Source: Barthelona sp. PCE
Taxonomy: Eukaryota
DNA: 64,000 nt
NCBI GenBank assembly: GCA_040285745.1
Contig: JAUFOR010000008.1
Location: 1,674,001-1,738,000, forward strand
Reading direction: 5' to 3'
Shown: positions 51,661 to 62,351 of the stretch, in pieces
How the letters are laid out: each line of letters starts with the position of its first letter
How positions within the stretch are numbered: position 1 is the stretch's first letter
The notes under the pieces: generated by a model
The model's input: the letters and a program-made list of their open reading frames with translations, nothing else
Databases searched by the model: none
What the model was told of the DNA's origin: nothing
Position numbers and translations under genes: made by a program

Positions 51661-53100
51661 ATGGATTCTAAGTCCATCAATTCGGAACTTGCAGTCGCTA
51701 GTATGGTAGACAGCCCTCTTCTTGGGGATAGGCATGATGGGAAAATTCAAGATAAGCAAACTTATGGCAGTTTTCATGCTTTAGCTTATTTGATTGCGTA
51801 TGCAGTAGGAACTGGAGTCCTAAACCTCCCTTCACAAGCACTGAACAGCGGTATTCGTATGGCAATCGTAACTCTCATCATTAATTCTATATTCCTCTAT
51901 CAGACTTACTGTCTTTTGGCAGATGCAATGTCGTTCGCCCCAACAGTAGATCGCCTGAACAAAACAGGAACAACCACATTGCACTTGGACTACGAAATCG
52001 AACGGAAGATTGAACTTCCAGAGCTGATCAACATTATTATTGGTCGCAACGCACGTCGTTTTTATCAAGGAGCCATCACCTTCTACATGATTGGGTCCCT
52101 TTGGTCCTACGCTGCGACATTCTCAGGGTCTTTGACACAAGAGTTCTCACACTTGTTTGGTGTTGCCGAAAACTGTGACCCAGATTTGAATTGGAGCCCA
52201 GCATGCAACCGTGTCTACGTCTACTTCATGTTGGCGTTCACGGTCATCTGTATCTTTTTAACTCTTAAAGATCTCGCAGACCAGGCGATTATCCAGGGTA
52301 TTCTTGCAGTTTTCCGTTTTGTTGTTCTTTTCATAATGATCATTACTGCAACTATTGGCTACTTCACTGTCAAAGATCCCATGTTTGCTGACCCGCACAT
52401 CCCCGCAGACTGGAACTGGAGGAGCATCGTGAATTTGTTCCCTGCAGTGGCTTTCAGTCAGATTGGTCATCACTCTGTTCCTGGTCTCGTGCACCCGCTG
52501 AAGAACAAGAAGAAACTCAAGTGGCTCTTTTTTGGCGCCATTGCTCTCACATTCGTCTTCTACACAATGCTCATTATATCTACCGTAGTTTTCTTTGGCG
52601 ATAAGACAGCACAACTCATCACATTGAACTGGATAAAGTACCCCTGGACGGGAGCTGAACCGAACTGGTGGCAGATGGTCATCAAGCAGACGGTTATTTT
52701 GTTTGTCCCAATCAACGTCTTGAGCTGTTTCCCAATCAATGCAATCACGCTGGGAAACAACCTGCTCGATTCGGTACCGCCGGAGAAGCGCACTAAGAAG
52801 GTGCAGGTTGGTTTCCTCCTTTTAGCCGCAATTCCCCCTCTCATAGCTGCAACTTTTTCTCACACACTCAGCGCAATTGTAGTCCTTGCAGGATGCTTTG
52901 GATTCTTCATTTGTTTAGTATTCCCCAGTGTTTTGTTCATCAAATCGAGAGATCGTATCCAAAAGCACTTGAAAAGCAGGAAGGTCCGTGGTCCTTACCA
53001 CAGCTGGTTCTCCAACTTCGGTTTCAGTGCATTATACAGCATTGTTGGTGTTGTTGCTTGTTTTGTCAGTTTATATTTCTCGATTCGTAACAACTTTTAG
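51661..53100 (+). CDS. Amino-acid transporter (Aa_trans/SLC38, TMEM104-like)
   Basis: VGTGVLNLP, HHSVPGLVHP, ITLNW, FPINAITLGNN; about 11 TM. Confidence 0.88.
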   Translation: MDSKSINSELAVASMVDSPLLGDRHDGKIQDKQTYGSFHALAYLIAYAVGTGVLNLPSQALNSGIRMAIVTLIINSIFLYQTYCLLADAMSFAPTVDRLNKTGTTTLHLDYEIERKIELPELINIIIGRNARRFYQGAITFYMIGSLWSYAATFSGSLTQEFSHLFGVAENCDPDLNWSPACNRVYVYFMLAFTVICIFLTLKDLADQAIIQGILAVFRFVVLFIMIITATIGYFTVKDPMFADPHIPADWNWRSIVNLFPAVAFSQIGHHSVPGLVHPLKNKKKLKWLFFGAIALTFVFYTMLIISTVVFFGDKTAQLITLNWIKYPWTGAEPNWWQMVIKQTVILFVPINVLSCFPINAITLGNNLLDSVPPEKRTKKVQVGFLLLAAIPPLIAATFSHTLSAIVVLAGCFGFFICLVFPSVLFIKSRDRIQKHLKSRKVRGPYHSWFSNFGFSALYSIVGVVACFVSLYFSIRNNF

Positions 53101-53159
53101 TCGCAAATAGTAAAAATCAATTATTCATGTTTTTATTCATATCGGCTGAATATGCGGTG

Positions 53160-55433
53160 CTAAAAGAAATTAATGTGATCGCCCTGGCGATCTGTGATCT
53201 TAACCTGTATGCCAGCTCCATTGTTGCGATCCGGAATTGTAAATTTTAATCCTGGGGCCACAAGTTTGCGTGGTTTCTGTCGTGGCGACAGAAGTTTCAC
53301 ATGTCCATCAACAAACATGCTTCCACTGTTTTGAATGTTAATTTTGGGGAGTACAGATTCTCGCTCAACAACCTCACCATCAAAAAAGATGCGCTTCATC
53401 TTATTGATATCGTTTATACGCTCTTCAAGCTCATGAATCTGCACTACATGCTCTTTGGCAACCTTTGACTTTCTCCTGAACCTTTTCTTGCCTTCTGTGA
53501 GATTGAGTCGCAGTATTGCATTTGGCACAAGATCTGTGCTAGTCAATGGGTGTTGAGGAATCTCTTCATATTCATCGCCGAACTGAACAGTATGCAGTAC
53601 TCGATCGTCAATCTTCTCTACAAGACCTTTGTCTCGGTATGTTTTTAAGGGGAAGAAATCGTGTTTGTCCAGCGCTGATTCGGATCGCTCACGGACCGTG
53701 CTGGCTCCAGGTGCCCATATATTATCAGTTAGATCGAGCAGATGAAGTCTGGTTCCTTCGATTGTTGACTCGCAGTCACTAAAGGTATCTATTGGCTCTG
53801 CTGCTTCCTGCTGGGTCTTTGGCACAACAATCGGATCATCAACATCATCCTCGTCCTCGGGAGGAAGATCAGTTTTTGGTGATTCAGGATCTTTTTTGGT
53901 AAGAAGCATTGGTGTAAGCTTCGTGTGCAGTTTAATCTTCTGTTCACGGGATCCAAAGGTCTTCTCGAATATGCGCTGCTGCTTAAGTTGCAGGATCTCA
54001 ATTTTTGTTAAATAATCGTTTCTCAAAGATGCTTCTTTTTCTTCGACAATTTCAATATGTCTCTTAAGTGTATCATTGGGATCATATGCATACTGTGCAC
54101 GCAGTTCCTCGCTGAATTCATATAGTTTATAAGCGCGAACCATATATGCCCACAAAAGCATGCTTCGTTTCGAAACAATTGACTTTTCTTGACTTCTGAA
54201 GTAATCAATTTGTGCAACAAGTGCTTTGTCAACTTTGACTGCATCCCCCTTGCGCTTCCTTTTACGTTGAAATCGCTTATGTCTCTGACTTCTTTTCTTA
54301 TTGAACAGCAAACCTTTGAGATTCTTCTGAACGCCTTTGTCTTTGGTAATAATACGCCCCACCCTGCTACTTCCTCGGGGACTGCTCATGCGACTCCTGT
54401 TGAGATATCTGCTGATAGATGAGTCATAACTGAGCTCAGTGCCTGTTGGTGAAGGCAACACTTCAAAAGCACTTGAACCTATGAAATCTGGACTATGGGA
54501 ATCAAGCAACAGGTCAGAGGGAGGATAATCCACGTCAGTTTTCAGAGGAGTGACAACCTCAAAGGAAGGTACCCTGTCCAGTTCTCGGTCTACCACTGAA
54601 AGCACTGGTATTCTTATGTTTCCACTTGTAGTAACATCCTCTTCGGTAATCACAGCCGGAGAAGGTGGCTTTTCTGCCATCATAAGTGGTTTTAATGTTC
54701 CACCACCACGACTATTTCTTCGAACATTCCTGGTTAACCTTGGTTTTGGTTTTTCAGGAACTGCGAATAAATTGGAAGCCATACTCTGGACGTTATCATT
54801 CAGCACAGTGTTCAATTCTCCAAGGGTGGTTGATGGTGAATTTGAATTGGAAATCATTTCTTCATCAGAAGAAATTGCTGTGAAATCTTCAACAATCGTT
54901 GACGGTGTTGTTTCAGGAAGGCTGGTGTAACTCATGCGCGAGGGGCTGCTCAGATGCTTCTGTAAGGACTGCACTTGAAGTTTGAGCTCCTTATTTTCTT
55001 CACTCAGTAGATATACTTCTTTTCGTGATTTGTTCTGTTCTTCAACAAATATTTGTTCCGCATTCTTACGCAGTGCAACAATGTGTTTATCGAATTCAAA
55101 GCGTTGTCGACGCAGTTCTTGTTCTTGTTCTTTGCTTATAAGTAAGACATCAGAGAGTTCTTTTTTTAATTCAGAAATGGTTTCTGCCTTCTTTTTTGAG
55201 TCCTCCATGCTCTTTCTATTCAAAATTAAAGGGTCGGTTTGCACAATAGCGACTTCTTTTCTACCACGTGCAATAAGGAAATCTTCAAGAGCAACATTTG
55301 CCCCAGTGAACACCGCGACCTCCTGTTGTGTAAGTAGTTGTCGAATTTTTGTTCGTAATTGCACGAGACGTTCATCTTTTTCTTTAATCTCGAGTTTAAG
55401 ATCGCGGATTATGAATTGTGGATCGTCAAACAT
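53160..55433 (-). CDS. Hypothetical coiled-coil/disordered protein
   Basis: 757-aa ORF with an N-terminal coiled coil, Ser/Pro-rich middle and basic clusters. Confidence 0.7.
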   Translation of the reverse strand: MFDDPQFIIRDLKLEIKEKDERLVQLRTKIRQLLTQQEVAVFTGANVALEDFLIARGRKEVAIVQTDPLILNRKSMEDSKKKAETISELKKELSDVLLISKEQEQELRRQRFEFDKHIVALRKNAEQIFVEEQNKSRKEVYLLSEENKELKLQVQSLQKHLSSPSRMSYTSLPETTPSTIVEDFTAISSDEEMISNSNSPSTTLGELNTVLNDNVQSMASNLFAVPEKPKPRLTRNVRRNSRGGGTLKPLMMAEKPPSPAVITEEDVTTSGNIRIPVLSVVDRELDRVPSFEVVTPLKTDVDYPPSDLLLDSHSPDFIGSSAFEVLPSPTGTELSYDSSISRYLNRSRMSSPRGSSRVGRIITKDKGVQKNLKGLLFNKKRSQRHKRFQRKRKRKGDAVKVDKALVAQIDYFRSQEKSIVSKRSMLLWAYMVRAYKLYEFSEELRAQYAYDPNDTLKRHIEIVEEKEASLRNDYLTKIEILQLKQQRIFEKTFGSREQKIKLHTKLTPMLLTKKDPESPKTDLPPEDEDDVDDPIVVPKTQQEAAEPIDTFSDCESTIEGTRLHLLDLTDNIWAPGASTVRERSESALDKHDFFPLKTYRDKGLVEKIDDRVLHTVQFGDEYEEIPQHPLTSTDLVPNAILRLNLTEGKKRFRRKSKVAKEHVVQIHELEERINDINKMKRIFFDGEVVERESVLPKINIQNSGSMFVDGHVKLLSPRQKPRKLVAPGLKFTIPDRNNGAGIQVKITDRQGDHINFF

Positions 55434-55522
55434 TAATTATACATATTTATGCGTGTGCGATCGCAAAACGCGAGGTGAAAAGGTTATTCAAATATTAACA
55501 TGAAAAAATCACATAAAGTTCT

Positions 55523-56971
55523 TTATTTTCCTGAACTCACCGATTTCCTGGTGCTAGACTTCCTCGTGTGTGTGGAGGATGCAAAAGATCCAGTTCTGTT
55601 GAACGAAGATGTTCTTGAAAAATTCTTTTTCTTCTTTGGATCAACTTTTGCAAAATAAACATACAAACTCATAATCTCCTCATGATTGACATATTCATGG
55701 ATTTCTTCAATTGGTCCCACTTCATCTTTAAAATATGAAAAAACGTTGGGAAAACAAAGCTGATAAATTGGTAAACTAAGAATTAATGCTTTGACTTCAA
55801 TCCAATTCACTGTGCCCCACATCTTTTTGGGCATATAAACAGAAACATCTTCAGCAATCTTTCTTCGCAACTTCTTGTTCTTGTTCAGCTCCATCAAATC
55901 GTCATTCTTTCGCAAGATACCGCTCTTGGAGTCACCAAAGATGCGTGACTTCTCTGTGGGTGAAGACAGTGTATCTTTCAAAGCATTCTTACTAGGAACA
56001 GCCCGAACTCGATCATAAACACCAGTTGATCGAGATTTCTTCCGAGCCCTTCGCCCCTGCTTATCGGTTTTTGTCCTACTGACTGTGTTAGAATCTGGAT
56101 GATCCCTCAATCTCATGGAATGTTTCGCAATAGCAGGAGAAAATGGAGGTCTTAGTTCACTAACATAAGTACGTGCAAGCAGAGCATCATTTCTCTTTGA
56201 AGGTTTTGTCTTTAAACTCATAACTTTCTCTAATAAAAATGAACGTGAGGGTTGGATAAGGTCATTCCGGATCTTTCGCTCGTATTCATATAAAAATTGT
56301 GATGGTTGCTCTCTTTCGAGATAGTTGGCAGCGCTAGCAATGGATTGCTCTACTGTTTGCTGAATGTGACGCATTTTAGTGGACATTGTTTCACTCTCGC
56401 TCTCATAATTGACACTAGCATCCTCACTCAGCTCCATATCCTTTTGGGATCCGCCGTATGACGATTCCAATAGATCAGCAGTACTGGATAAGACTCTCTC
56501 AGTTTCCTCCATCGAACGCATAAGATGAGGGGAATCTTCAAGTGAATTGGATAATTCAAATACTTCCTCTGACGTGTTTTGATGCTTTTCAAGAGCCAAC
56601 CGTAGGTTATCCATCATCTGAGAGCTCAATCCCTCATCGATAGGAGTCTCGTGCGATATAGGTGTTTCCGGGGTTTGTACAGGTGTGGTGGGAGGAACCT
56701 TACGCTTTTTCCGAAGGAGGGGATTGGAGATAGTTGTCTCAACTTCTGGAGATTTGATTTTAGGAGAAAAATCGTGCGAGTTATCAGTTACCTCATAGTT
56801 CTCAAACTTTTCCACCGGGCGCGTCTTTTTCTGCTCCGGTGTCACAATACATGACTCATTTTCGTCTTCTATTGGTGCATTAGGATTATGGCGTTGCTCT
56901 AAAGTATCCAATTTCGTATTTAATGCTGTGACTAACGAAGCCATGTCACTCAAGAGATCGTCGTCGGACAT
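55523..56971 (-). CDS. Hypothetical low-complexity protein
   Basis: ORF from MSDDDLL; acidic N half, basic C half. Confidence 0.7.
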   Translation of the reverse strand: MSDDDLLSDMASLVTALNTKLDTLEQRHNPNAPIEDENESCIVTPEQKKTRPVEKFENYEVTDNSHDFSPKIKSPEVETTISNPLLRKKRKVPPTTPVQTPETPISHETPIDEGLSSQMMDNLRLALEKHQNTSEEVFELSNSLEDSPHLMRSMEETERVLSSTADLLESSYGGSQKDMELSEDASVNYESESETMSTKMRHIQQTVEQSIASAANYLEREQPSQFLYEYERKIRNDLIQPSRSFLLEKVMSLKTKPSKRNDALLARTYVSELRPPFSPAIAKHSMRLRDHPDSNTVSRTKTDKQGRRARKKSRSTGVYDRVRAVPSKNALKDTLSSPTEKSRIFGDSKSGILRKNDDLMELNKNKKLRRKIAEDVSVYMPKKMWGTVNWIEVKALILSLPIYQLCFPNVFSYFKDEVGPIEEIHEYVNHEEIMSLYVYFAKVDPKKKKNFSRTSSFNRTGSFASSTHTRKSSTRKSVSSGK

Positions 56972-57041
56972 GCGATCTTGTAAGGGAAGGAAAAGGTATA
57001 GCAATCTGTAAGTTTGTTTCTATCCCTTTTCAAGACAAAAA

Positions 57042-58298
57042 ATGCCATCTATTGTCGATCAAAACGAGGGCACGCGGTTACGCGCAACAAATATTTTGGA
57101 AAAGAGCGATGATACAGTTCCTTTAACTGTTAAGAATGGTAAGATCGATTCTGGGAGCAAATCGGACCGCACAATGTTTGTATACCTCATGTTATTCGTG
57201 GCAGCTATGCTGTTGAGCACATTAAGTTATCCTGCGTTCAATCTTGTTTTTTTTCCTTCGGTAGGAAAGCAATGGAACTCTGAAATCTATTACTCTGTTT
57301 GTTTATCGCTTTTCGGGGCACTCCAGATCATTGCAAACCCTCTGATTGGGTATGTGGCAGATCGCTTCACCTTTAAGACAGCATTTCTGTGCTGCACGTT
57401 TTTCTCATCAATTGGATACCTTGTACAGGCATTCGGCACACCATGGTCGTTCATCATGGGTCAGACATTCAAAGGACTCGCTGCTGGGATTGGTACGACT
57501 TTGTTTGTATGGTTCAATTATGTTTTTAAAGGATACAGCAAACAGCCAAAGTATTTGATATGGCTCAACACATCATGTTCCCTGGCCAGCTTTATCGGTC
57601 CACGTATGGCTATCTTGTTACAAGGAAAAAAAGTATTTGGATTACATATTTTATCATTTTTCTTTGCTTTAGTAACATTTCTGGGTTATTTTGTTTCATT
57701 ACCCCTACCAGACAAGCAGCCACAAGCAGATTTTGACAAGAAAGAAGCCAAGGAAGAGAAGAAGGGCGACTTAATGCAGATGACGCTCGTCTTCCTTATA
57801 ACAGCAACATGTTTTGTTTGTATAAAGGGAATGGAGATCGTATTGCCTCTTTTCTTCGGTCCCACGGAGTTTGGGCTTGTTTTTTCGCGATGTGCATTGC
57901 TGGCTATCCTTTTGGGCCTTGTCTGGGGTATGGGAAAATACACAGTTTACCTTTCATTTTTTTCATTGTTTTTATCTCTTGCTTCAGTGTGGTTTCTTCC
58001 ACTTTGGACATTTGCTATTCCTTTTGCATATACAATGTCTTTCTTCTATCCTGCTCTTTTGAAGTTGGTACTTGCTAGAACTGGAGGTAAGACAATTTTT
58101 GCAGGTCTCATAAAGAGTGGCATGGCGTTCGGTAAGCTCGTGGCACCTTTCATCATCGTTGGTGGTATGTCACATAATACAATATATAGTATTTTTGCTG
58201 TTTTTCTCGTTTTGTCGGTTTTAGCATTATTTGTTCTTCTTAAAGTGACCAATTCAACCACATGCGATGGTGATTCTGATAAAATAAAGCAGGACTAG
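57042..58298 (+). CDS. Major facilitator superfamily transporter
   Basis: MFS motif A (IGYVADRFTFK), IGP in TM5, about 12 TM. Confidence 0.85.
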   Translation: MPSIVDQNEGTRLRATNILEKSDDTVPLTVKNGKIDSGSKSDRTMFVYLMLFVAAMLLSTLSYPAFNLVFFPSVGKQWNSEIYYSVCLSLFGALQIIANPLIGYVADRFTFKTAFLCCTFFSSIGYLVQAFGTPWSFIMGQTFKGLAAGIGTTLFVWFNYVFKGYSKQPKYLIWLNTSCSLASFIGPRMAILLQGKKVFGLHILSFFFALVTFLGYFVSLPLPDKQPQADFDKKEAKEEKKGDLMQMTLVFLITATCFVCIKGMEIVLPLFFGPTEFGLVFSRCALLAILLGLVWGMGKYTVYLSFFSLFLSLASVWFLPLWTFAIPFAYTMSFFYPALLKLVLARTGGKTIFAGLIKSGMAFGKLVAPFIIVGGMSHNTIYSIFAVFLVLSVLALFVLLKVTNSTTCDGDSDKIKQD

Positions 58299-58672
58299 TT
58301 TTTTTCATTCCATTGACTGGAATTTATCCATTTTCTTTCTCATTGCATCTTTTATAGCACGAGAACTGCGTCTTTGCACAATTTTTTAGGCATAGCTATC
58401 ATATTGAAGCTGCAGAGAAGCTTTTCGAGTTTTGTTATTGCTTTTTTGTTTGGGTTTGGTATACAGGGCTTTTTTAATAATAAAAACAATCATTACTTGG
58501 GACATGTACCCTGCAAACAATATAGTTTTATTCAAAAAAGGCACTGGGCTTAATTACTGTAAATTTTACTTTTTTGTCTTTGGGCTTCTTGAATACATTC
58601 TTTGAGTGTAAGATACCTGAGAAACACCCCAGTGAATGTTAGAGAAGAAAAGCTCACGCTTGTTGCTGTAGG

Positions 58673-58714
58673 GTATGTTTCTCCTTTTCTTTCCTTTTTT
58701 ACCAATTTCTACAG
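58673..58714 (+). other. Probable 5'-UTR intron, 42 nt
   Basis: GTATGT, pyrimidine tract, TACCAATTTCTACAG; 5 nt separate it from ATG 58720, which is preceded by an in-frame TAA. Confidence 0.6.
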
Positions 58715-58719
58715 GCTAA

Positions 58720-60633
58720 ATGAGCGAAACAGACAAGAACAAAGACTTCTACGGCTCACAACCTCCGTCCACTGAGCTTGCTCAGGAACCCGGCGTTGCT
58801 ACTCGCAATACCGACGAGTTCGCAACTTTAGATCCGGCAACCAAGCCCCCAATGCCCACAACTGTTGAGGAAGCTGCCGGACTCGGTGTTTTAGAGCCCC
58901 AACTCAACGAACTGCACCCTGTCTTACCAGCTGATGACGATCAGATTTTATTCGCTGAAGTACCCAATCCACCACCTTTTATGCCCGAAGACTTTCAGCC
59001 CCAGTCCACCGTTGGCGTATTCAGACCTCAGAAGTCTCTCCTTTCAAGAGAGATGACGCGTGTCGAACTTTTAAAAAAGAAGAATATTTGGGGTGTCACA
59101 GATGAAGATATTGAGAGCTTTGCTAAGAAGGATGGTGCCTTTATCCCTCATTTAGTTATTCCCAAGAGCACATACAACATTGTTGTGCTTGGCAGTGGCC
59201 CTGCAGCCATTGAGGCAGCACTAACGGCCCGCTCCATGGGTGCCAGTGTCCTTATTGTTGATAAGGAGTGGTGTCATAATCTTCCAGAGCTGAACCGCAT
59301 CCAGATTTCATCGTTTACACGCTCTCTTGTCGATGCACAGAACCTTGCCCGTATTGGAATGTGCACCAAGCCTCATGTGCACTATAATCAGTTCAGAACT
59401 GCTTTTTCTGCGTTCTGTGAGAAGGTACGTATCCGTTACTCTTCACGTCTTGTACGCATTCATGGTATTGATATATGCCTTGGTAATGCTGTTTTTGAAA
59501 CGAAGAAGTCACTTAAGGTAGGCGAACACAACTTTGAGTTCTCCCGCTGCATTATTGCCGCGCAGGGAAATCCGACAGTTCCTTCAATTGCAAACATTGA
59601 TCAAATTGAGTACTTAACGGAGTTTTCACCGCTCCCTGAGATCCTCCCGGGCGGTATTTGCATCGTGGGGTCAACACCGGCTGCTATCGAGTACGCACAG
59701 TTCTACTCTTCACTGGGTAGCAAAGTTTCCCTTTTCTCGCACGACATGCTTCGTGATTTCGAGCCTGAGGCTGTTGACATTGTCCGCAGCAGCCTCGAGC
59801 GTATGAGGATTGAGCTGTTCCTCGGCAGAGAATCCGGCATCGTATCAGTTGAAAAACGCGGAAGGATCATCACGGTTAACCATAACGGCGGATCGATTAA
59901 GGCCGATGCAATCATGTTGTGCACCAACCGCCGTGTTGACTTCAGCGATATGGAAGTTGAGAACGCATCACTTGATGTTAACGATGAAAACAAGATCAAT
60001 GTTGACAGTTACATGTCTTGCAAGAACAAACGTGTTTTCGTCTTGGGTACTGGTGCATCCACATCCTTGATGTATCAACGCAATCTCTCAAGCGAGTTTG
60101 TGAGTCATGCTCGTCTCGCTGTTCAAAATGCTATCCATCAGGAGAGGCATCGGGTTAAGACTACTGCTAGAACTGTCTTCTCTTACCCGTCTATCAGTCA
60201 AATTGGTCCCGTCCGTGCGATGGAGGAGTCAGGTGCTAGCGCTAAGGGCTATCGCTTGTATGAGTGGCACGATCTCACCATGTTACCTGTGTTGTGTACC
60301 AGCTCTGATACAAGCGGCTTGTTAAAGGTTGTCATTGACAAGGACGGCTTTATTGTGAGTGTAGTGTGTGTTTGTCAAAACTCAGAGGATGTTCTTCAGC
60401 CTATCGCATTCTGTTTCCAGAACAGACTCAAGGTTAAGGCGCTGGCATACTCTTTTACTTCTCCTGCGGCCACCGGCTCCCTTCTACGTGAATTTTTCGT
60501 TGAAGCAAGATTCTATCAGAAACTTGGCAAGCCGAAAGATATCCAAAAGTGTGGACAGCCCCATACAGAGGTTATCGACACGTTACCTTCCGAGGAAAAT
60601 GTCAAGGAGGAGGATAATGCTTCAAATGAGTAG
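58720..60633 (+). CDS. Pyridine nucleotide-disulfide oxidoreductase family protein (DLD/MerA-like fold), catalytically degenerate
   Basis: VVLGSGPAA FAD motif, IIAAQG.P, IVGSTPAAIEYAQ, RTVFSYP dimerisation domain; no CxxxxC. Confidence 0.8.
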   Translation: MSETDKNKDFYGSQPPSTELAQEPGVATRNTDEFATLDPATKPPMPTTVEEAAGLGVLEPQLNELHPVLPADDDQILFAEVPNPPPFMPEDFQPQSTVGVFRPQKSLLSREMTRVELLKKKNIWGVTDEDIESFAKKDGAFIPHLVIPKSTYNIVVLGSGPAAIEAALTARSMGASVLIVDKEWCHNLPELNRIQISSFTRSLVDAQNLARIGMCTKPHVHYNQFRTAFSAFCEKVRIRYSSRLVRIHGIDICLGNAVFETKKSLKVGEHNFEFSRCIIAAQGNPTVPSIANIDQIEYLTEFSPLPEILPGGICIVGSTPAAIEYAQFYSSLGSKVSLFSHDMLRDFEPEAVDIVRSSLERMRIELFLGRESGIVSVEKRGRIITVNHNGGSIKADAIMLCTNRRVDFSDMEVENASLDVNDENKINVDSYMSCKNKRVFVLGTGASTSLMYQRNLSSEFVSHARLAVQNAIHQERHRVKTTARTVFSYPSISQIGPVRAMEESGASAKGYRLYEWHDLTMLPVLCTSSDTSGLLKVVIDKDGFIVSVVCVCQNSEDVLQPIAFCFQNRLKVKALAYSFTSPAATGSLLREFFVEARFYQKLGKPKDIQKCGQPHTEVIDTLPSEENVKEEDNASNE

Positions 60634-60680
60634 CACCAGTTAATAAACACTGAAAAAAATTATGAATAAGAATCTAGGAT

Positions 60681-60777
60681 TCATCACTAAGACGCAGCAA
60701 CGGGCTGACTAACTCAGCATGACTTTGTCTACTCTCAGAATCCATCATTTATTGACTTTCAGAACGAAAGCCAATAA
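60681..60777 (-). ncRNA. Candidate kink-turn RNA (C/D-type motifs) plus adjacent hairpin
   Basis: Minus strand AUGAUGGAUUCUGAG...GUGAUGAAUCCUAGA; hairpin UUAUUGGCUUUC/GAAAGUCAAUAA. Confidence 0.4.
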
Positions 60778-60804
60778 AAATATAAAGCGAGTTTTACTAT
60801 GAGT

Positions 60805-61908
60805 TTAAGTGTACAAAACCCCAAAAAAGCTCAACAGGTTGCGGAGTACAAGAGCGCCAATGCAACACAAAACCTGAAACCACATGAGTTCGCGGCAAAG
60901 CCTCTTTTCATGTTTAGGCCCAAACAACCTCAGCCACAAATTAATAAGGGTCATATGTTCTGGTACACCCACAAGCTTATCAGTTTTCGGGTCGTATCTC
61001 GGTAACCGATGACGTGGACATGGTATTATACCAATGAGCTGTGGTAAAGAATACATGAAGTTAATAATCTGTGGGGTAAAGAACAGCAAAAGCGTCTTTG
61101 TGAAGTGGCCAAAGAGTGCAGCTACAGCCAATGCAGTTCCAGCAAAATATGTGAACGAGTCACCAATGAAAACTTTTGAAGGGTACTTGTTAAACTGAAA
61201 TAATGCCAAGCATACGAAGAAAAATGGCAGAAGGACACACACAGAGAGAAGGGCTTTATCGTGTTGAGGAGAGAAAAGACGTATTATGCTGTGAAGAAGA
61301 CATCCGCCACTGAGGATAAGCGATTGGCCCACCTCAATACCATTGATGCCTGCGTATATGTTAATAGAGTTGGAGCAGAATGTCGTGAGTGCGAGAAGAT
61401 ACACAGTGTAAAGAGGACCTAATTCAATAGAGTCTGGTAACCAACGTCGAAGAGGAGTAGGGACGATTACATCAGTTGCTCCCTTCCAACACGTGATGAG
61501 GGGGACACTTGATAACACCGATAGAATGATCTTGTAGCGCCATCTTAATGCAATAACATCATCTATGAATCCACTTAATAAGTTCAATAAAATACAAATG
61601 AGACCTGCATAGAAGGAGATTGTCTCTGCCTCCGATATACGCATGAATGATGTTAGTATAATAACGAAAACAACGAATAAAGTACCTGAAACAATACCCA
61701 CACCTTCTGGGATACGTTTAGGATCGTTATCATCCTCTTTGGGCTTTAACTTGTTCAGATCAATGCCGCTGAGTCCTGCACGCTCCAGTTTCTCTGCAAA
61801 CGAGGGAATGAGCCTCTTGCTAACCCAAAAACCAATGATGCTTAGAAAAAGACTGAAAATGACGAGTGACACAGTCTCGAATGTAATGTACCCCAGCTCG
61901 AAGAACAT
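60805..61908 (-). CDS. DPAGT1: UDP-GlcNAc:dolichyl-phosphate GlcNAc-1-P transferase
   Basis: GIDLNK, IPEG.G, GFIDD...LRWRYK, NSINIYAGING.E.GQ, VFIGDSFTYFAG, PCPRHRLPR. Confidence 0.97.
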   Translation of the reverse strand: MFFELGYITFETVSLVIFSLFLSIIGFWVSKRLIPSFAEKLERAGLSGIDLNKLKPKEDDNDPKRIPEGVGIVSGTLFVVFVIILTSFMRISEAETISFYAGLICILLNLLSGFIDDVIALRWRYKIILSVLSSVPLITCWKGATDVIVPTPLRRWLPDSIELGPLYTVYLLALTTFCSNSINIYAGINGIEVGQSLILSGGCLLHSIIRLFSPQHDKALLSVCVLLPFFFVCLALFQFNKYPSKVFIGDSFTYFAGTALAVAALFGHFTKTLLLFFTPQIINFMYSLPQLIGIIPCPRHRLPRYDPKTDKLVGVPEHMTLINLWLRLFGPKHEKRLCRELMWFQVLCCIGALVLRNLLSFFGVLYT

Positions 61909-62351
61909 TTCGGCTTGTAAATTTGGAAAATTGTGAAAACACGTCTTCTATTCTGTTCATGCTCAAAATTTTTCTAATAACATGCATTACTTATAATATC
62001 AGTGATGAACAGTGTCTAAAAAGAAGGTGATAGAAGGATGAGTATTGCCGGCATAGTTTTTTTTAGCATGCGGTTAACACGTCATGTTGAATAGTCATAA
62101 TTGCCACAACAAACCTGATTTATACCATAATCCAAGAAAACAAAAAGTGGAATGAGGATAAAAAATTTGAAGAATATATCTGTAACTTTTTTGCGATCTA
62201 GCAGGACTTTAGAAGTTCAAAAATTAGTTTAAATAAGCAAAGTATGAATTCGTTTAAAAATTGTGTTTTCTCTTATTCCACCTCCATCTAGAACTTCTAG
62301 AACAGTAGACTTTATTGTTTATTCTTTTTTAAACAGGTAAAAACACATAAA

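Noticed and set aside
61997-62119. GTGATGA...CTGA with short terminal stem
   Set aside because: About 120 nt long, with no clear guide adjacent to a D box; too weak to call
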